A stretch of 64,000 bases of DNA from Octopus bimaculoides (taxonomy: Eukaryota). Location of the stretch: positions 74,115,230 through 74,179,229 of the forward strand of contig NC_068982.1 of NCBI RefSeq assembly GCF_001194135.2, in the 5' to 3' direction. The notes beneath the pieces were generated by a model. The model did no database searches and was not told the origin of the DNA. It saw only the letters and a program-made list of their open reading frames with translations. A program made the translations under genes and the position numbers. The first letter of the stretch is position 1. Every line of letters begins with the position of its first letter. This document shows positions 24,801-36,341 of the stretch, piece by piece.

Positions 24801-27800
24801 CTCATGTACAAAAATGGATTTAAAATATTAATTAAAAACATTGCTGGATGACTGTAAAATTCACATTGGTAAGAAAGAAACACATATAAGAAAGTGAATG
24901 AATAGATTTTAAGTGCCTCAGTAATGCAACCCAATGCCCCCGCAAAGAAGCCTTTGGTGTTTCTTGAAATTAACTTTTCTCAAGATTAATTTTTGCTTCA
25001 CTGTTTCTTTCATCTATTTGTTCTTGATAAAATTTGCCTTAATCTTATTTTCAGCTCGCACAGTTTACGGGCTTCTGCATTTTATGTTCGTGGATTGCAG
25101 GCATTCTTTCAGGCAGGCTATAATGAAGCCAAGTAAGTAATGTTGTTTAAAATGAAACTTGTGGTTTTAGCCTTTAGGATTCAGATAACTCTGTCATATG
25201 CAATGCTTATTTATTGACTTTGTTTTTAATAAATCATGCATTATCTTGAAGCTTTGAGTTTTTGACAATGTGATTGTTTAGTTTTAGAATGACTTTGTAG
25301 GATAGTGTGAGAGGCCAAATCTGGCTGGTTTGAACATAAAACAATATTTGGGCTGAATATGGCTGGTTTAAACGCTAAAAGGTTTTAAAAACAGTATTTT
25401 AAAGGGAAAAAAAGCATGAAAAATGATTACTTCCCAAGTTAATTGGCTGTGTTAATTATTTATTTTCTGCTGTATCAAAATTTTGGCTTGGTTTCTACAG
25501 CTGGATGCCCTTCTTAATGCCAACCACTCTACAGAGTGCACTGGGTACCTTTTATGTGTCACTGACTTGGGTGCCCTTTACATGTCACTGGCGCTGGCCA
25601 TGATCACGATTTCACTTAGTTTGATGTGTCTTCCTAAGCACAGCAAATTGCAAGAAGTCTTGGTCTCTTTGTGAGATTCAACAAGTGAAGATCATATTTC
25701 ACCAACTCATCTCTCATATTCCTCATAGAGATCATTAAGGTCAATGGATTAAGTAGAATGAGTGACAAACAAAATAAGTTCCTACATTTAGTTTCATACC
25801 TTCATGTTATAATGCCAGTTCTCTTAATGTGCATCATTAATTTTTTTTAATGTATGACTGTGAGACCTTATTTTTATATAGGCTTTGTGGTTATATAAGC
25901 AATTAACAGTAATGAGGTTTTGTGTTTATAAAAGCGATTAATACTCATGAAGTGTTTTGTTTATATATATAAGCAATCAATATTGATGTTTAATCTTTGT
26001 AGAAATAAATATGTGGTATGTTGAATTGAGTTTGTGACTGTGATCAAGAGAAGTTCACCACACAATTCCCTATTTTCTCAAACTATTGTTTTAAAACTAT
26101 CTTCTTTTTGGTTGAATTTGCTTTAAAATCAAAGATAAAAATAGAATGGTTATAAAATTTAGGGTACTAGATTACTTATTGATTGGTCAGGAGGTAATAT
26201 TTTATTATCCTTTGTAGCATACTGCTCAACAAGGTACATAACTCTTGTTCCACACTGATTAAAAAAAAAAATACCCTCAAATCTGTCTTGCTTCTTCACA
26301 GTTAAATTTTTGATAGTAGGAAATATCTTCAACTGTAAAAACAATTATTCCAACTTAAAAAAAAAAAAAAGAATCTGTTTATGCAGGTATTGGAAAATGG
26401 ATGTAAAATAGTAAAAAAAAAAGATAAGTTGAAAGTTTATATTTTCTAGACATGAAGTGTGCTGTGGTGATGTAAAATTATTGTAGCTAATCACCATAGA
26501 TAATTTAGAACTTGACTTTAATCTGTTCTTTTAACCATTTTCTTTCATTTATTTCATTTGGAGAAAGGCATGAATGTCATATAATTGTTTGCTCTTCCCT
26601 ATAAATTTTAATATTTATGACTTTTTCTCAACTCATATTCTTCATACACTTGCAGTCCCTCTAACTGTCACAGCTATTACGAGGTTAGATAAATCATTTT
26701 GTCATAGTTCAAAGCAGGTCTAGAAAATTGAAATTGAAGAAATTTAAAGAAAAAGTTGCATAGAACTTGCATTTGTTTTTGTTTACTTCATACAACGTTC
26801 ATAAAAATCATTGGTTATCATGAAGCATTATTTCATTCTTTTTAGAAGTGATCATCTGCATGACATAACCTCTGGCTTATTAAACATTTTATGAAGTGAG
26901 ACATTTCATCAAAGATGGAAAACGTCTGGAAGAAATTCATAGAATATGCTTTTCTTTTCCCTACTTAGAATGGTAGTAGGCAGCGAGCTGGCAGAATCGT
27001 TAGCACGCCAGGCGAAATGCTTAGTGGTATTTTGTCTGCCGTTACGTTCTTTGCCTTTCATCCTTTTGGGATCGATAAATTAAGTACCAGTTACGCACTG
27101 GGGTCGATGTAATCGACTTAATCCGTTCGTCTGTCCTTGTTTGTTCCCTCTATGTTTAGCCCCTTGTGGGCAATAAAGAAATAAGAATGGTAGTAGTTAA
27201 GTGGGAAAATTGATAAAAGTATTGTAGTTATTCTCTTCTTGTATTTGGTTTTGTTAACCTGTATTTCTTTATCTCTGTATTTTTTCTTCAGACGCTACCT
27301 ACGCGAGACGCTGAAAATGGCCAATGCTGAAGACTTAAATCGTTTAACATCATGTTCACTGGTTTTATTAGGGCATATATTTTTATCATTAGGAAATAGC
27401 AGGGTAAATATAATTTGGCTTCATTATTTTCTGTTATTTTTGTTCTTTTGCTATTTTTGAAAATTTATTCCACTTTTTCTGTTTACGGTCTTTTGACATT
27501 TTTTTATATCATGATTGGTGTACATTATTTATTGTCAGGGATTACAAGTAACTGACAGATCAATCATTGGTTCACTGTATTTATGTTGGTGGCAGTGATA
27601 AGGGATTGTAATATACTGATAATATACTAGTGTCACTCAGTTGCTGATATTTTATCACTACTATTTTTAAAAAAGAAAAACAGTATGAACATGTGGTTCC
27701 CCTAATGGGTACAGCTATTACAAGGGAGATAATTATTTTGTCATTATATAAAATGGGATTAGAAACTTGAAATTGAAATTATGGAAATTTCAGGAAAAAA

Positions 27801-30800
27801 TTGCAAAGAATTCACTTATTTTAGGCGCAGGAGTGGCTGTGTGGTAAGTAGCTTGCTTACCAACCACATGGTTCCGGATTCAGTCCCACTGCGTGGCACC
27901 TTGGGCAAGTGTCTTCTACTATAGCCTCGGGCCAACCAAAGCCTTGTGAGTAGATTTGGTAGACAGAAACTGAAAGAAGCCTGTCGTATATATGTGTGTG
28001 TGTGTATATATATATATGTTTGTGTGTTTGTGTGTCTGTGTTTGTCCCCCCACCATCGCTTGACAACCGATGCTGGTGTGTTTACGTCCCCATAACTTAG
28101 CGGTTCGGAAAAAAGAGGCCGATAGAATAAGTACTAGGCTTACAAAGAATAAGTCCTGGGGTTGATTTTCTCGACTTAAGGCGGTGCTCCAGCATGGCCG
28201 CAGTTAAATGACTGAAACAAGTAAAAGAGTAAATGAGTTCTTTAACTTTTTTTTACTTAATATGAATTTCTTGAAATTCTTATAAAAACAACAGGATGAG
28301 TCAGCAAGGCTGCTCAACCTGCTAGAAATAGTTAGTAAAATTTCTTCTTGTCTTAATGAAGTACAAGGATAATGTAGTCTGAGATGTGGAAAGTCATGTC
28401 TAGAGTCTCTATGAATATGATGCAGCTGGATCAGAGTGGATCTGGGTTCAACAGCAACAAATAAAGCTGTGACTAATCAAAAGAAGTCAGTATGTTTGAA
28501 GTTTACAAAATGTTACTAAATCAGTGCCAGTGTTTTATGTGGCAAACAAATCTTAAGATGTTAGTTTTGTATAAATCTTATTGAGGTCCAACTTTGCCTT
28601 TCATTCTACCCAAAATCAATAAAATAAGGATCTATCATACACAGAAGTTGATCCAGTCAGCAATACCCACCCCCGTTTTTACCCATATAAGAAATCTTGA
28701 CTTATAATGTCTGCTTTCTGTCTCTTCTTTTAACCTTTTCTGCTGAGTTTAAGGCTGTGAGCTGGCAGAATTGGTACCACGCTAGGCAAAATGCCTTGTG
28801 ACATTTTGTCTGTCTTTACATTCTGAGTTCAAATGCCACTGTGGTTGACTTTGCCTTTCATCCTTTCAGGATTGATAAAATAAATCACTGGGGTTGATGT
28901 AATTGATTGCTCCCTTCTACCAAATATGCCTATAATATGAAAGATTATTATTATTATTGTTGTTGTTGTTGTTGTTTTGATTCAAATTCTGGTCGAAAGC
29001 CAGTGATTTTAATGGGGAAAGGGAAATTTGTTACATTGATCCTGAAAAGATGAAAGGCAAAGCTGACCTTGGTGGTGTTGGAACTCAAAACATAGAACTG
29101 GAAGAAATGCTGCTAGGTATTTTGTCTGATGTACTAACAACTTTATCAATTTGTCTTTATCATCATTGTTAGAAGAATCATTAGCATGTCAGAGAGAATT
29201 TTTAGTGGTATTTCTTCCAGCTCTTTATGTTCTTAGTTCAAATTCTGCTGAGATGATGTTTAAGAAAGAACTAATAGAACCCAAAATTTCATCCCAGACA
29301 AATCCAAACAGTAAAGCCCTACTTTAGTTATCCATTTCTTCTATATATTTCTCTAGGAATAGTTCTCTCTGCTATCATCTGCTATGTTTATTTTCTGTTG
29401 CAGGAAGCCATGAACATGGTAACTCCAGCCATGCAGTTGGCTGGTAAAATCCCGGATGTACATGTTCAGCTCTGGGCCTCTTCATTACTCAAAGGTAATT
29501 TTACATGTTTTAATTAAGTTTGTATTACCTAATGAGGGAAGTTACTCTTTCCAGTTTTCTTTACCTTCTCCCTATTGTTTTTTTTTCTTTGTTTTGGTTT
29601 ACTTATATTTTTCTGTGGTGTCCAAACATCTTTATGCTCTGACATCTTGTCAGCTATGTCTCTATCTTCTTCCCAGTGTGGTAGCCATATATCTCCTCTA
29701 AAGCAAGACACCTCTAGTTGTTCCACACCTCCCATAAAGCCACCTACCCTTGTAGGCTTTTCCTTTGTCTTGCAAGTTACTTGATGACTTTAACTCATAC
29801 TGATCACACAGGAAAAATCACCCAATACACTCTGTAAAGTGGTTGGCATTAGGAAAGGCATCCAGCTGTAGAAACCAGGCCAAACCAGACACTGGAGTCC
29901 AATGCAGTCATCTGGCTTATTGGATCCTGTGAAAACATCCAACCCATGCCAGCATGGAAGACATGCATTGAATGGTGATGTTAATATATTTTGGATCATT
30001 GCCACCGCATTCATTCATTTATCTATTTAATATCTAACTTCCCATTCTAGTATAGACTTTCATCATTTTAACCCTTTTGATAGCAATCCACTCATGACTA
30101 CCCTTGGTTCCATGATACAAATTTCCTGTCTAAAAGATACCTAGATTAAAGCCTTTTTTTTCCAAACACCAGCTAAATAACAGCAAAGTTGTTTTACTAA
30201 TTTAATTGAAACATTGACAGTGTATTTAAAAAATAGTGTTAATACCTCTTTTTCCACTTTGGCATGAGTTGTACAAATTTGAAATAAAATCTCTTTCTAT
30301 ATATTGTGATTTTAAACAGAACAATCATATGATGTTTACTTTTAAACCTTGTCAGAACAATTCACAACTATGAACCACTGTCATGTAGATATGAAATGTG
30401 TTATGTTTCAGCATTCTGGCTCTTGTCCTGTCATCATTGTAACACGATTCTGCCATAAGCTCCAGGATTTTAAACATTTGGTCCCAATTTTAAAGCTGGC
30501 GAAGAATTTATTGAGGAAGATATGGCTGCAATATTGAGAGACAATGTGATTTGAAGTAATATTTGTTGTTGGGTTACTCTTGTGTTAACCTTGATTGAGC
30601 ACAGCTATGATAGACATAAAGATACTTGATCAAACAGTTGTGCTCCACTGATCCATATCTTCTATACAGGTAGCATCTGCCTAGCTGAAAAATCCCATGT
30701 TAATCATATGGATGTTGTGTGACAGTCTAGACATCGTTGTGGTAGTGTTGATGATGATTGTGTTGCTATTTCTAATTACTGTTGATGTGCTTAATTTCAT

Positions 30801-32734
30801 ACTGTTTTTTTTTCTTCTGTATTGTAGACCTATATCGTTTGTGTGGGGACCAGGTAAAAGAGGCCGAAGGTTACAGGATGCACACCAGCTTTTCTCAAGA
30901 TCTCCTTAAAGATCATTTTCAGTCATCACAGTTATCTGAACATGGCTTAATACAAGTAAGTATGAATAAAAGCACTCATGCTCACAAGTGCTTAAACATA
31001 ACTATGGCTTAGGCACTTCACCACACATTTTTTATTTTTTTTATTAGTTTCTGTGACCCTTCAAGCCTGATTGAGAATGATGTTTATTTTCAGCATCTAG
31101 TGTTGGGTACATGGAGTGTGGCCAATGGAGATTAATGAAAGAGGAGCTGTAGGGTTAGCGGGATGTAATTTTCTGGTTCAGAGGAGCAGATATTGTTTTG
31201 TCAGGGTTAGAAGAGGCAGAGATAATAAAAGAAAATGTTTGTGAATCATAGCACCGCCCTTGCTAAATCAGTTTTTGGATATGATGGATGTTTGTGTGAG
31301 TATGGAGTAGCATCACTGTATCAAATATGTGGTTGATAACGGCAATGTAGTATATCTGTGGAGCTGTAGTAATGTTCCAGATACATGAATAGTAGTGTGT
31401 GTGTACAGCCTTATCTTAACATCATGTGATGATTGTAAATGTGTATCATTGTGTTACAAAGCAATGTTTGTTTCTAGTTTTCTGTGAAAAATGCTTGGAA
31501 ACAGATGAGGGTTGGCAACAGGAAGGGCATCTGGCCATAGAGAATCTATCTCCAGAAATTCCGCCTGGAAAAGGCATGAAAAAGTAGATGCTAAATGATG
31601 CTGTTAATAATATTCTAATGTCAGTGTGCATACTCGACAGAGTGTTAATACCTTGAGAGAAAAGTTGGGCCTAAGAAGTATGAGTTGTGGTGTGCAAGAG
31701 AGACGATTGCGCTGGTATGCTCATGTGGCGAGAATGGATGAGGATAGCTGTGTGAAAAACTGCCACAGCCTAGCAGTTGAGGGTACCTGTGGAAGAGGTC
31801 GACCCAGGAAGACCTGGGATGAGGTAGTGAAGCACGACCTTCGAACTTTAGGCCTCACCGAGGCAATGACTAGTGACCGAGACCTTTGGAAATATGCTGT
31901 GTGTGAGAAGACCTGGCAAGACAAGTGAGACCATAACCCGTGGCCTTTACCAGGGGTGTAGCCAGCCCACTTATGCGTACCTTTCCTTCTTTGGACACAA
32001 ATCCCTGCTTGCGAAGACCTGTTGAGGCAAGTGAAATCGAAATCGAACCAAATTCGGCGACTGGCACCCATGCCAACCTTCTTTCATTGGACACTAAACN
32101 NNNNNNNNNNNNNNNNNNNNNNNNNNNNNNNNNNNNNNNNNNNNNNNNNNNNNNNNNNNNNNNNNNNNNNNNNNNNNNNNNNNNNNNNNNNNNNNNNNNN
32201 NNNNNNNNNNNNNNNNNNNNNNNNNNNNNNNNNNNNNNNNNNNNNNNNNNNNNNNNNNNNNNNNNNNNNNNNNNNNNNNNNNNNNNNNNNNNNNNNNNNN
32301 NNNNNNNNNNNNNNNNNNNNNNNNNNNNNNNNNNNNNNNNNNNNNNNNNNNNNNNNNNNNNNNNNNNNNNNNNNNNNNNNNNNNNNNNNNNNNNNNNNNN
32401 NNNNNNNNNNNNNNNNNNNNNNNNNNNNNNNNNNNNNNNNNNNNNNNNNNNNNNNNNNNNNNNNNNNNNNNNNNNNNNNNNNNNNNNNNNNNNNNNNNNN
32501 NNNNNNNNNNNNNNNNNNNNNNNNNNNNNNNNNNNNNNNNNNNNNNACTCTGCCAGATCAGATTGGAGCTTGGTGCAGCCATCTGGTTCGCCAGTCCTCA
32601 GTCAAATCGTCCAACCCATGCTAGCATGGAAAGCAGACGTTAAACGATTATGTATGTATGTATGTATGTGTGTGTGTGTGTCTGTGGTAGCAATACTGCC
32701 TTGGATATGTGAGCAGTATTCCAAAGCTCTCTGT

Positions 32735-32771
<37 letters not shown>

Positions 32772-34865
32772 CATCACTACTCACTCAGCTGTTGTAATTA
32801 TGAGAATATAACTATACATATTTGATGTGCAATGTCAGTGTACATGTGTGACAGTGCTGAGGGAAATGTTGTATTGAGGGAAATGTTGGGGATAAGATGA
32901 ATTAAATGCAGTGTGCAAGAGAGAAGACTGCACTTGTTTGGTTATGTGATGCATATGTATGTGGACACTTGTATACAGAAGTGCTGATCACTTAAAATGG
33001 ATGGATCTTGTGGAGGAGGGAGACTCAGGAAGACTTGGGATGAAGTATTGAAAGCCGATCTCAAGACACTGCACCTTACAAAGGAGATGACTAAGGGACT
33101 GAGATATCTGATGCATTGCTGTACTCAAGAAAACACATCCACCATGGCAGAATTAATACTACTGCTGGTGCCACATAAAAGGCTCCTGATACACTCTGTG
33201 GAGTGGTTGACATTAGAAAAGACATCCAGCTGTAGAAACCATGCCAGAACAGAAATTGCTTAGATGGTGAGTAGGGCATGCTGGGCCAGCTATAATTGGT
33301 CTAGTTGTAAATCTTTTGGATATAGCACTTTTATGTATTCACTTCCTTGTTCTTTTACTGCCTGTTGAATATCTTCTGACTTATGTATTTTAGGTAAGCT
33401 GTAAAAGTTACTGGGTTTTGGTTCGAAATTGGTGATGTAGTCTCTTTCGTTGTCAGTGAGTGAGTTGTAATGTTTAGAAACTAGGTGGTTGATCTTCATG
33501 ATGTGGTGGTCTATATTCGAGGGTATTTCACAATAGAAGGTTGTATCCTTTAGTTGCTCCTCAACTAAATCCTTGTAGTATTCCACATCTATGATAACGA
33601 TTGCACCCCCTTTATCTGCTTGTTTAATTATTATTGTTTCATCGTTTTATATGCGTTTAAGTGCAGATATCTCTGATTTGTTAATGTTCGGCCTAACTTT
33701 GGTATTTTGTTTTAGGGGGAAGTTTGATAGGGTGTCAATNNNNNNNNNNNNNNNNNNNNNNNNNNNNNNNNNNNNNNNNNNNNNNNNNNNNNNNNNNNNN
33801 NNNNNNNNNNNNNNNNNNNNNNNNNNNNNNNNNNNNNNNNNNNNNNNNNNNNNNNNNNNNNNNNNNNNNNNNNNNNNNNNNNNNNNNNNNNNNNNNNNNN
33901 NNNNNNNNNNNNNNNNNNNNNNNNNNNNNNNNNNNNNNNNNNNNNNNNNNNNNNNNNNNNNNNNNNNNNNNNNNNNNNNNNNNNNNNNNNNNNNNNNNNN
34001 NNNNNNNNNNNNNNNNNNNNNNNNTATTGGTGGTGAAGAATTCCACAAGTCGTAACTTGCGACAGAATTTCTGGATATCTTCCTTTAGTTCATGGTGGTT
34101 GACTGTTGATGTAGGTGTAAATTTCAGGCCTTTTAACAGAAGTTGGGTTTTATCATTGTCAAGATCTCTTCTGGAAAGATTAATTATCTTAGGATCTATA
34201 TGTCCAGTTGTTTTGGGTATGTTTCCTCTTGGGATGTTTCTTTCTCTGGTGTTTGTTGTCCTGACATTAAAAAATGAATTTTTTTTTTCTGTTTGTGGTT
34301 TCTATTTTTGTTGGTGTTGACTTAAAGTTTGTGTTTTCGTTGTGTTATTTTACCTGGCGTTGTTATGTTTTCCGTCCTATTTTCAGAATTATACATCTTC
34401 CTTTTCAATTTGTTAGTATTGGTTTTAATGATCTGAGAGGATGGTCTAGTATTGTGTCTGGTTCTAGGTCGGTTTTTTGCCCAGTTTTTTGTAAGTTGTC
34501 TTTGTTGAGGCTTTGAAAATGATCTGTCGTTCCTACGTCTAATGGTCTGATCAGAGAAATATTTATTTTGTTCATGTTCTTTGTTTATAATGTGTACATT
34601 AGGGTCTTTGCGTACAAAAAGAGAAGAGTTCTTACTGTAGTTCCTCTTTGATTCCTGGTGGAATGGGCGTTCATGTTGCCTCATGCTCTGGCTTTTGTTA
34701 CGTTGGTGAAATTGTTCTTTTTTACTGTTATTTCTCTGGGTTCTAAATTCTTTACCGTAGTTGGTAGAATATTTATCCAGGAACAGTTGTTTCTGCTGCC
34801 ATAATTTTCTTAATTTGTTCTCTTCTCTGGAGATATCTTTTTATATTTTAAAAAATTTTTATTCA

Positions 34866-34901
<36 letters not shown>

Positions 34902-35525
34902 AATTTGCACGAAGCGTAATGATGCTTAATAAGCATCTACCTGCTAGAAATAAGAGCTAAGTCTTAAATTAATCCACCGTAGCGCACCAATATAACAGAA
35001 AAACAGTATGCGAGGAAAACAAAGAATTAAAACATTTAAACAGCACAAATAAAAATATTATGCAATTAGGGATATCCATAAACNNNNNNNNNNNNNNNNN
35101 NNNNNNNNNNNNNNNNNNNNNNNNNNNNNNNNNNNNNNNNNNNNNNNNNNNNNNNNNNNNNNNNNNNNNNNNNNNNNNNNNNNNNNNNNNNNNNNNNNNN
35201 NNNNNNNNNNNNNNNNNNNNNNNNNNNNNNNNNNNNNNNNNNNNNNNNNNNNNNNNNNNNNNNNNNNNNNNNNNNNNNNNNNNNNNNNNNNNNNNNNNNN
35301 NNNNNNNNNNNNNNNNNNNNNNNNNNNNNNNNNNNNNNNNNNNNNNNNNNNNNNNNNNNNNNNNNNNNNNNNNNNNNNNNNNNNNNNNNNNNNNNNNNNN
35401 NNNNNNNNNNNNNNNNNNNNNNNNNNNNNNNNNNNNNNNNNNNNNNNNNNNNNNNNNNNNNNNNNNNNNNNNNNNNNNNNNNNNNNNNNNNNNNNNNNNN
35501 NNNNNNNNNNNNNNNNNNNNNNNNN

Positions 35526-35559
<34 letters not shown>

Positions 35560-35753
35560 CGGTGCTGCACCATGACCGGTCTAATAATTGAGACAAGTAA
35601 AATATATCAATGTTTCATGTGAACTAATATTACTTCTACAATGTTTGTGTTTTATTTATAATGATTTTCTTTGTCTTTTTGTTTTGTTTTCAGTGGACTG
35701 AGGGTCCGTGTCCTTTCCACCTGTCATCAGAGGTGTCCAGTAGCATTTTGTGA
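3963..35753 (+). CDS. MAU2: MAU2/Scc4 cohesin loading factor, 16 coding exons in window (5' exons upstream of window)
   Basis: All 15 internal introns are GT-AG with matching phases. Exon lengths sum to 1533 nt (510 aa + TGA). Translation carries MAU2 hallmarks: [75 protein letters not shown]. Confidence 0.97.
6247..6342 (+). CDS. MAU2: MAU2 window exon 2 (QQVDRAKP...[12 protein letters not shown])
   Basis: 96 nt; tandem TAGCAG acceptor; donor GCA|GTAAGT. Confidence 0.95.
7521..7673. repeat. ~150-nt foldback hairpin
   Basis: gcagaagtaatagagtgactcaagg / ccttgagtcactctgttgcttctgc, plus a perfect inner 13-bp stem ttggcacttatca / tgataagtgccaa. Confidence 0.85.
7970..8092 (+). CDS. MAU2: MAU2 window exon 3 ([19 protein letters not shown]...LFLLSKGM)
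   Basis: 123 nt; polypyrimidine tract + CAG acceptor; donor ATG|GTAAGT. Confidence 0.95.
8390..8602 (+). mobile_element. piggyBac-type MITE, family 2 (TIR CCCTTTAGCATT); other copies ~24604-24770, ~25165-25385, 39168-~39360
   Basis: TTAA on both sides; ~12-bp TIR; internal sequence shared by 4 copies. Confidence 0.8.
8906..9061 (+). CDS. MAU2: MAU2 window exon 4 (LLLVDKK...[22 protein letters not shown])
   Basis: 156 nt; TAG acceptor; donor CAG|GTGTGT. Confidence 0.95.
10904..10979 (+). CDS. MAU2: MAU2 window exon 5 ([25 protein letters not shown])
   Basis: 76 nt, ends phase 1; donor G|GTAAGT. Confidence 0.95.
11381..12571 (+). mobile_element. mariner DNA transposon, both ends intact, transposase decayed
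   Basis: 29-bp TIRs TTGGGTCATCCCATAAATAATGTGGTTTT (2 mismatches) with TA on both sides. Remnant from ATG 11563: [16 protein letters not shown]..., WVPHKL, HQDNA, DIAPSDY; contains stops and deletions. Confidence 0.93.
13637..13710 (+). CDS. MAU2: MAU2 window exon 6 ([25 protein letters not shown])
   Basis: 74 nt, starts phase 1; TTTTTTCAG acceptor; donor CTT|GTGAGT. Confidence 0.96.
15550..15640 (+). CDS. MAU2: MAU2 window exon 7 ([30 protein letters not shown])
   Basis: 91 nt; CAG acceptor; donor A|GTAATT. Confidence 0.96.
17247..17350 (+). CDS. MAU2: MAU2 window exon 8 ([24 protein letters not shown]...AIQE)
   Basis: 104 nt; donor GAA|GTAAGT. Confidence 0.95.
17399..18260 (+). repeat. 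GC-rich ~62-bp tandem array (gap inside)
   Basis: About 5 diverged units of gggatcgttgccagtgcccctggactggctcatgtgcgggcgacacatgaa... before the gap; the motif continues after it. Confidence 0.9.
18198..18435 (+). mobile_element. RTE 3'-tail element ending in (GAT)n; further copies near 1965, 4420, 9170, 19380 (+), 19570 (-), 25480 (-), 29760, 36960
   Basis: ttaggaagggcatccagctgtagaaac...ccaacccatgctagcatggaaagcggacgttaaacgatgatgatg, matching the tail after the RTE ORF at 32548-32650. Confidence 0.8.
20089..20358. mobile_element. piggyBac-type MITE, family 1
   Basis: TTAA-CCCATTACCT...AGGTAATGGG-TTAA; 270 bp. Confidence 0.85.
20422..20499 (+). CDS. MAU2: MAU2 window exon 9 ([26 protein letters not shown])
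   Basis: 78 nt; donor TTA|GTGAGT. Confidence 0.95.
20797..21052. mobile_element. hAT-type MITE
   Basis: CAGGGGTTCTCAA...TTGAGAACCACTG termini; 8-bp TSD ATCTAACA/ATCTAACC. Confidence 0.85.
21249..21314 (+). CDS. MAU2: MAU2 window exon 10 ([22 protein letters not shown])
   Basis: 66 nt; TAG acceptor; donor AAA|GTAAGT. Confidence 0.95.
22675..22808 (+). CDS. MAU2: MAU2 window exon 11 ([44 protein letters not shown])
   Basis: 134 nt, ends phase 2 and fits exon 12; donor AC|GTAAGT. Confidence 0.88.
23082..23304 (+). mobile_element. piggyBac-type MITE, family 3 (TIR CCCTTTTG); other copies ~645-858 (+), 10574-10797 (-), ~30068-30250 (-), ~37850-38110 (+), 40954-~41160 (+)
   Basis: TTAA/CCCTTT termini and a shared ~220-bp body (gaagaatttagtaaaataa...gtcattattaagctgg). 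Confidence 0.8.
23572..23752. repeat. polypyrimidine minisatellite (~19-22-bp unit ctcctcttcatccctcct)
   Basis: About 8 direct units visible. Confidence 0.85.
24351..24516 (+). other. 51-bp inverted repeat enclosing a decayed minimal hammerhead-ribozyme motif (PLE-type)
   Basis: Arms 24351-24401 and 24466-24516 match at 49/51. Loop: GACAC-CTGATGA-A-GGCTG-loop-CAGCC-AAAACATT-ATGTT. Confidence 0.7.
25055..25132 (+). CDS. MAU2: MAU2 window exon 12 ([26 protein letters not shown])
   Basis: 78 nt, phase 2/2; donor AA|GTAAGT. Confidence 0.95.
26980..27183 (+). mobile_element. tRNA SINE with a tttcatcctttcggggtcgataaa core (Meta/Nin-type core, assignment tentative); further copies near 6830 (-), 22080 (-), 28750 (+), 28980 (-), 39970 (+), 48820 (+)
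   Basis: 13-bp TSD AGAATGGTAGTAG (26967/27184); the body recurs on both strands. Confidence 0.85.
27292..27403 (+). CDS. MAU2: MAU2 window exon 13 ([37 protein letters not shown])
   Basis: 112 nt; donor AGG|GTAAAT. Confidence 0.97.
27823..28230 (+). mobile_element. CORE-like tRNA SINE with an internal (TA)n/(TG)n tract; further full or partial copies near 450, 2600, 9530, 15725 (-), 16670, 36215, 45395, 45980, 46565 (-), 50005, 50412, 53429
   Basis: A/B boxes, caccttgggcaagtg CORE-type motif, central microsatellite, and a 3' tail ccagcatggccgcagtcaaatgactgaaacaagtaaaag that recurs across the window. Confidence 0.85.
29404..29494 (+). CDS. MAU2: MAU2 window exon 14 ([30 protein letters not shown])
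   Basis: 91 nt; donor G|GTAATT. Confidence 0.96.
30828..30955 (+). CDS. MAU2: MAU2 window exon 15 (DLYRLCGD...[22 protein letters not shown])
   Basis: 128 nt; donor CAA|GTAAGT. Confidence 0.94.
31612..32650 (+). mobile_element. 5'-truncated RTE-clade LINE (ORF C-terminus and 3' UTR, spans a gap)
   Basis: [13 protein letters not shown]...[22 protein letters not shown]...DRDLWK is the typical RTE C-terminus; the abundant 3' tail follows after the gap. Confidence 0.88.
32820..33250 (+). mobile_element. older degenerate RTE LINE 3' fragment
   Basis: [22 protein letters not shown] plus the same 3' tail motif (catccagctgtagaaacc). Confidence 0.8.
33250..34850 (-). mobile_element. Penelope-like element, N-terminal/pre-RT part, 3'-truncated, spans a gap
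   Basis: KGLKFTPT...[12 protein letters not shown]; [14 protein letters not shown]; [11 protein letters not shown]; [17 protein letters not shown] after a frameshift. Confidence 0.88.
35694..35753 (+). CDS. MAU2: MAU2 terminal coding exon ([19 protein letters not shown])
   Basis: Long polypyrimidine tract + CAG acceptor. WTEGP matches human WTDGP. TGA at 35751-35753. Confidence 0.9.
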   Translation, partial: WTEGPCPFHLSSEVSSSIL

Positions 35754-35876
35754 GAAGATGCAGGTGAACCTTCCCTCCCATCTGTTGTTTTAACCAACTG
35801 GCTGTGCAGCTGATCAAATGAACACCTAACTGGACCTGTATTGCTGCATGTTATGATGCAGTGGTGTGCAGGTTTA

Positions 35877-35882
35877 AATAAA
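35877..35882 (+). promoter_or_regulatory. candidate polyadenylation signal of MAU2
   Basis: First AATAAA after the stop codon; motif only, and common in AT-rich DNA. Confidence 0.25.
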
Positions 35883-36306
35883 GAAATAATAGGGGTGATG
35901 GAGATATTTAATGGTCCTGGAGTGAAAACAGAGAAGAGACAAAGAAAAGCAGAAAAGAAGAGGGTTGGGAGGGAGGGGGTGACTACAAAATAAGTAAAAG
36001 TTTCTACTTCATCTCTCTCTCTATTTTTCTTCCTCCTACTTCCTTCCTCCTACTTACTGCCACCTTTTCCTGCTCTCTGCCTGTATTCTCTCCTGTGTCC
36101 ACCACCACCACCACCATCATATTATCATCATCTGTTACACTCCATTACTATTACCAACATTTGTTTAACATATGCATGTACATGTGTATGTGAATATGTT
36201 ACATTTTTTTTTTACTACATGGTTTTGCATGACACCTTGGGCAAGTGTTTTTGTATTATATCCCCAGGCAGATCAAAGCCTTGCAGATGGATTTAATAGA
36301 CAGAGG

Positions 36307-36341
<35 letters not shown>

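Noticed and set aside
25035-25054. CCTTAAT box near the exon 12 acceptor
   Set aside because: The upstream donor is GTAAGT (U2 type) and the motif also fits a normal U2 branch point; a U12 relic cannot be supported.
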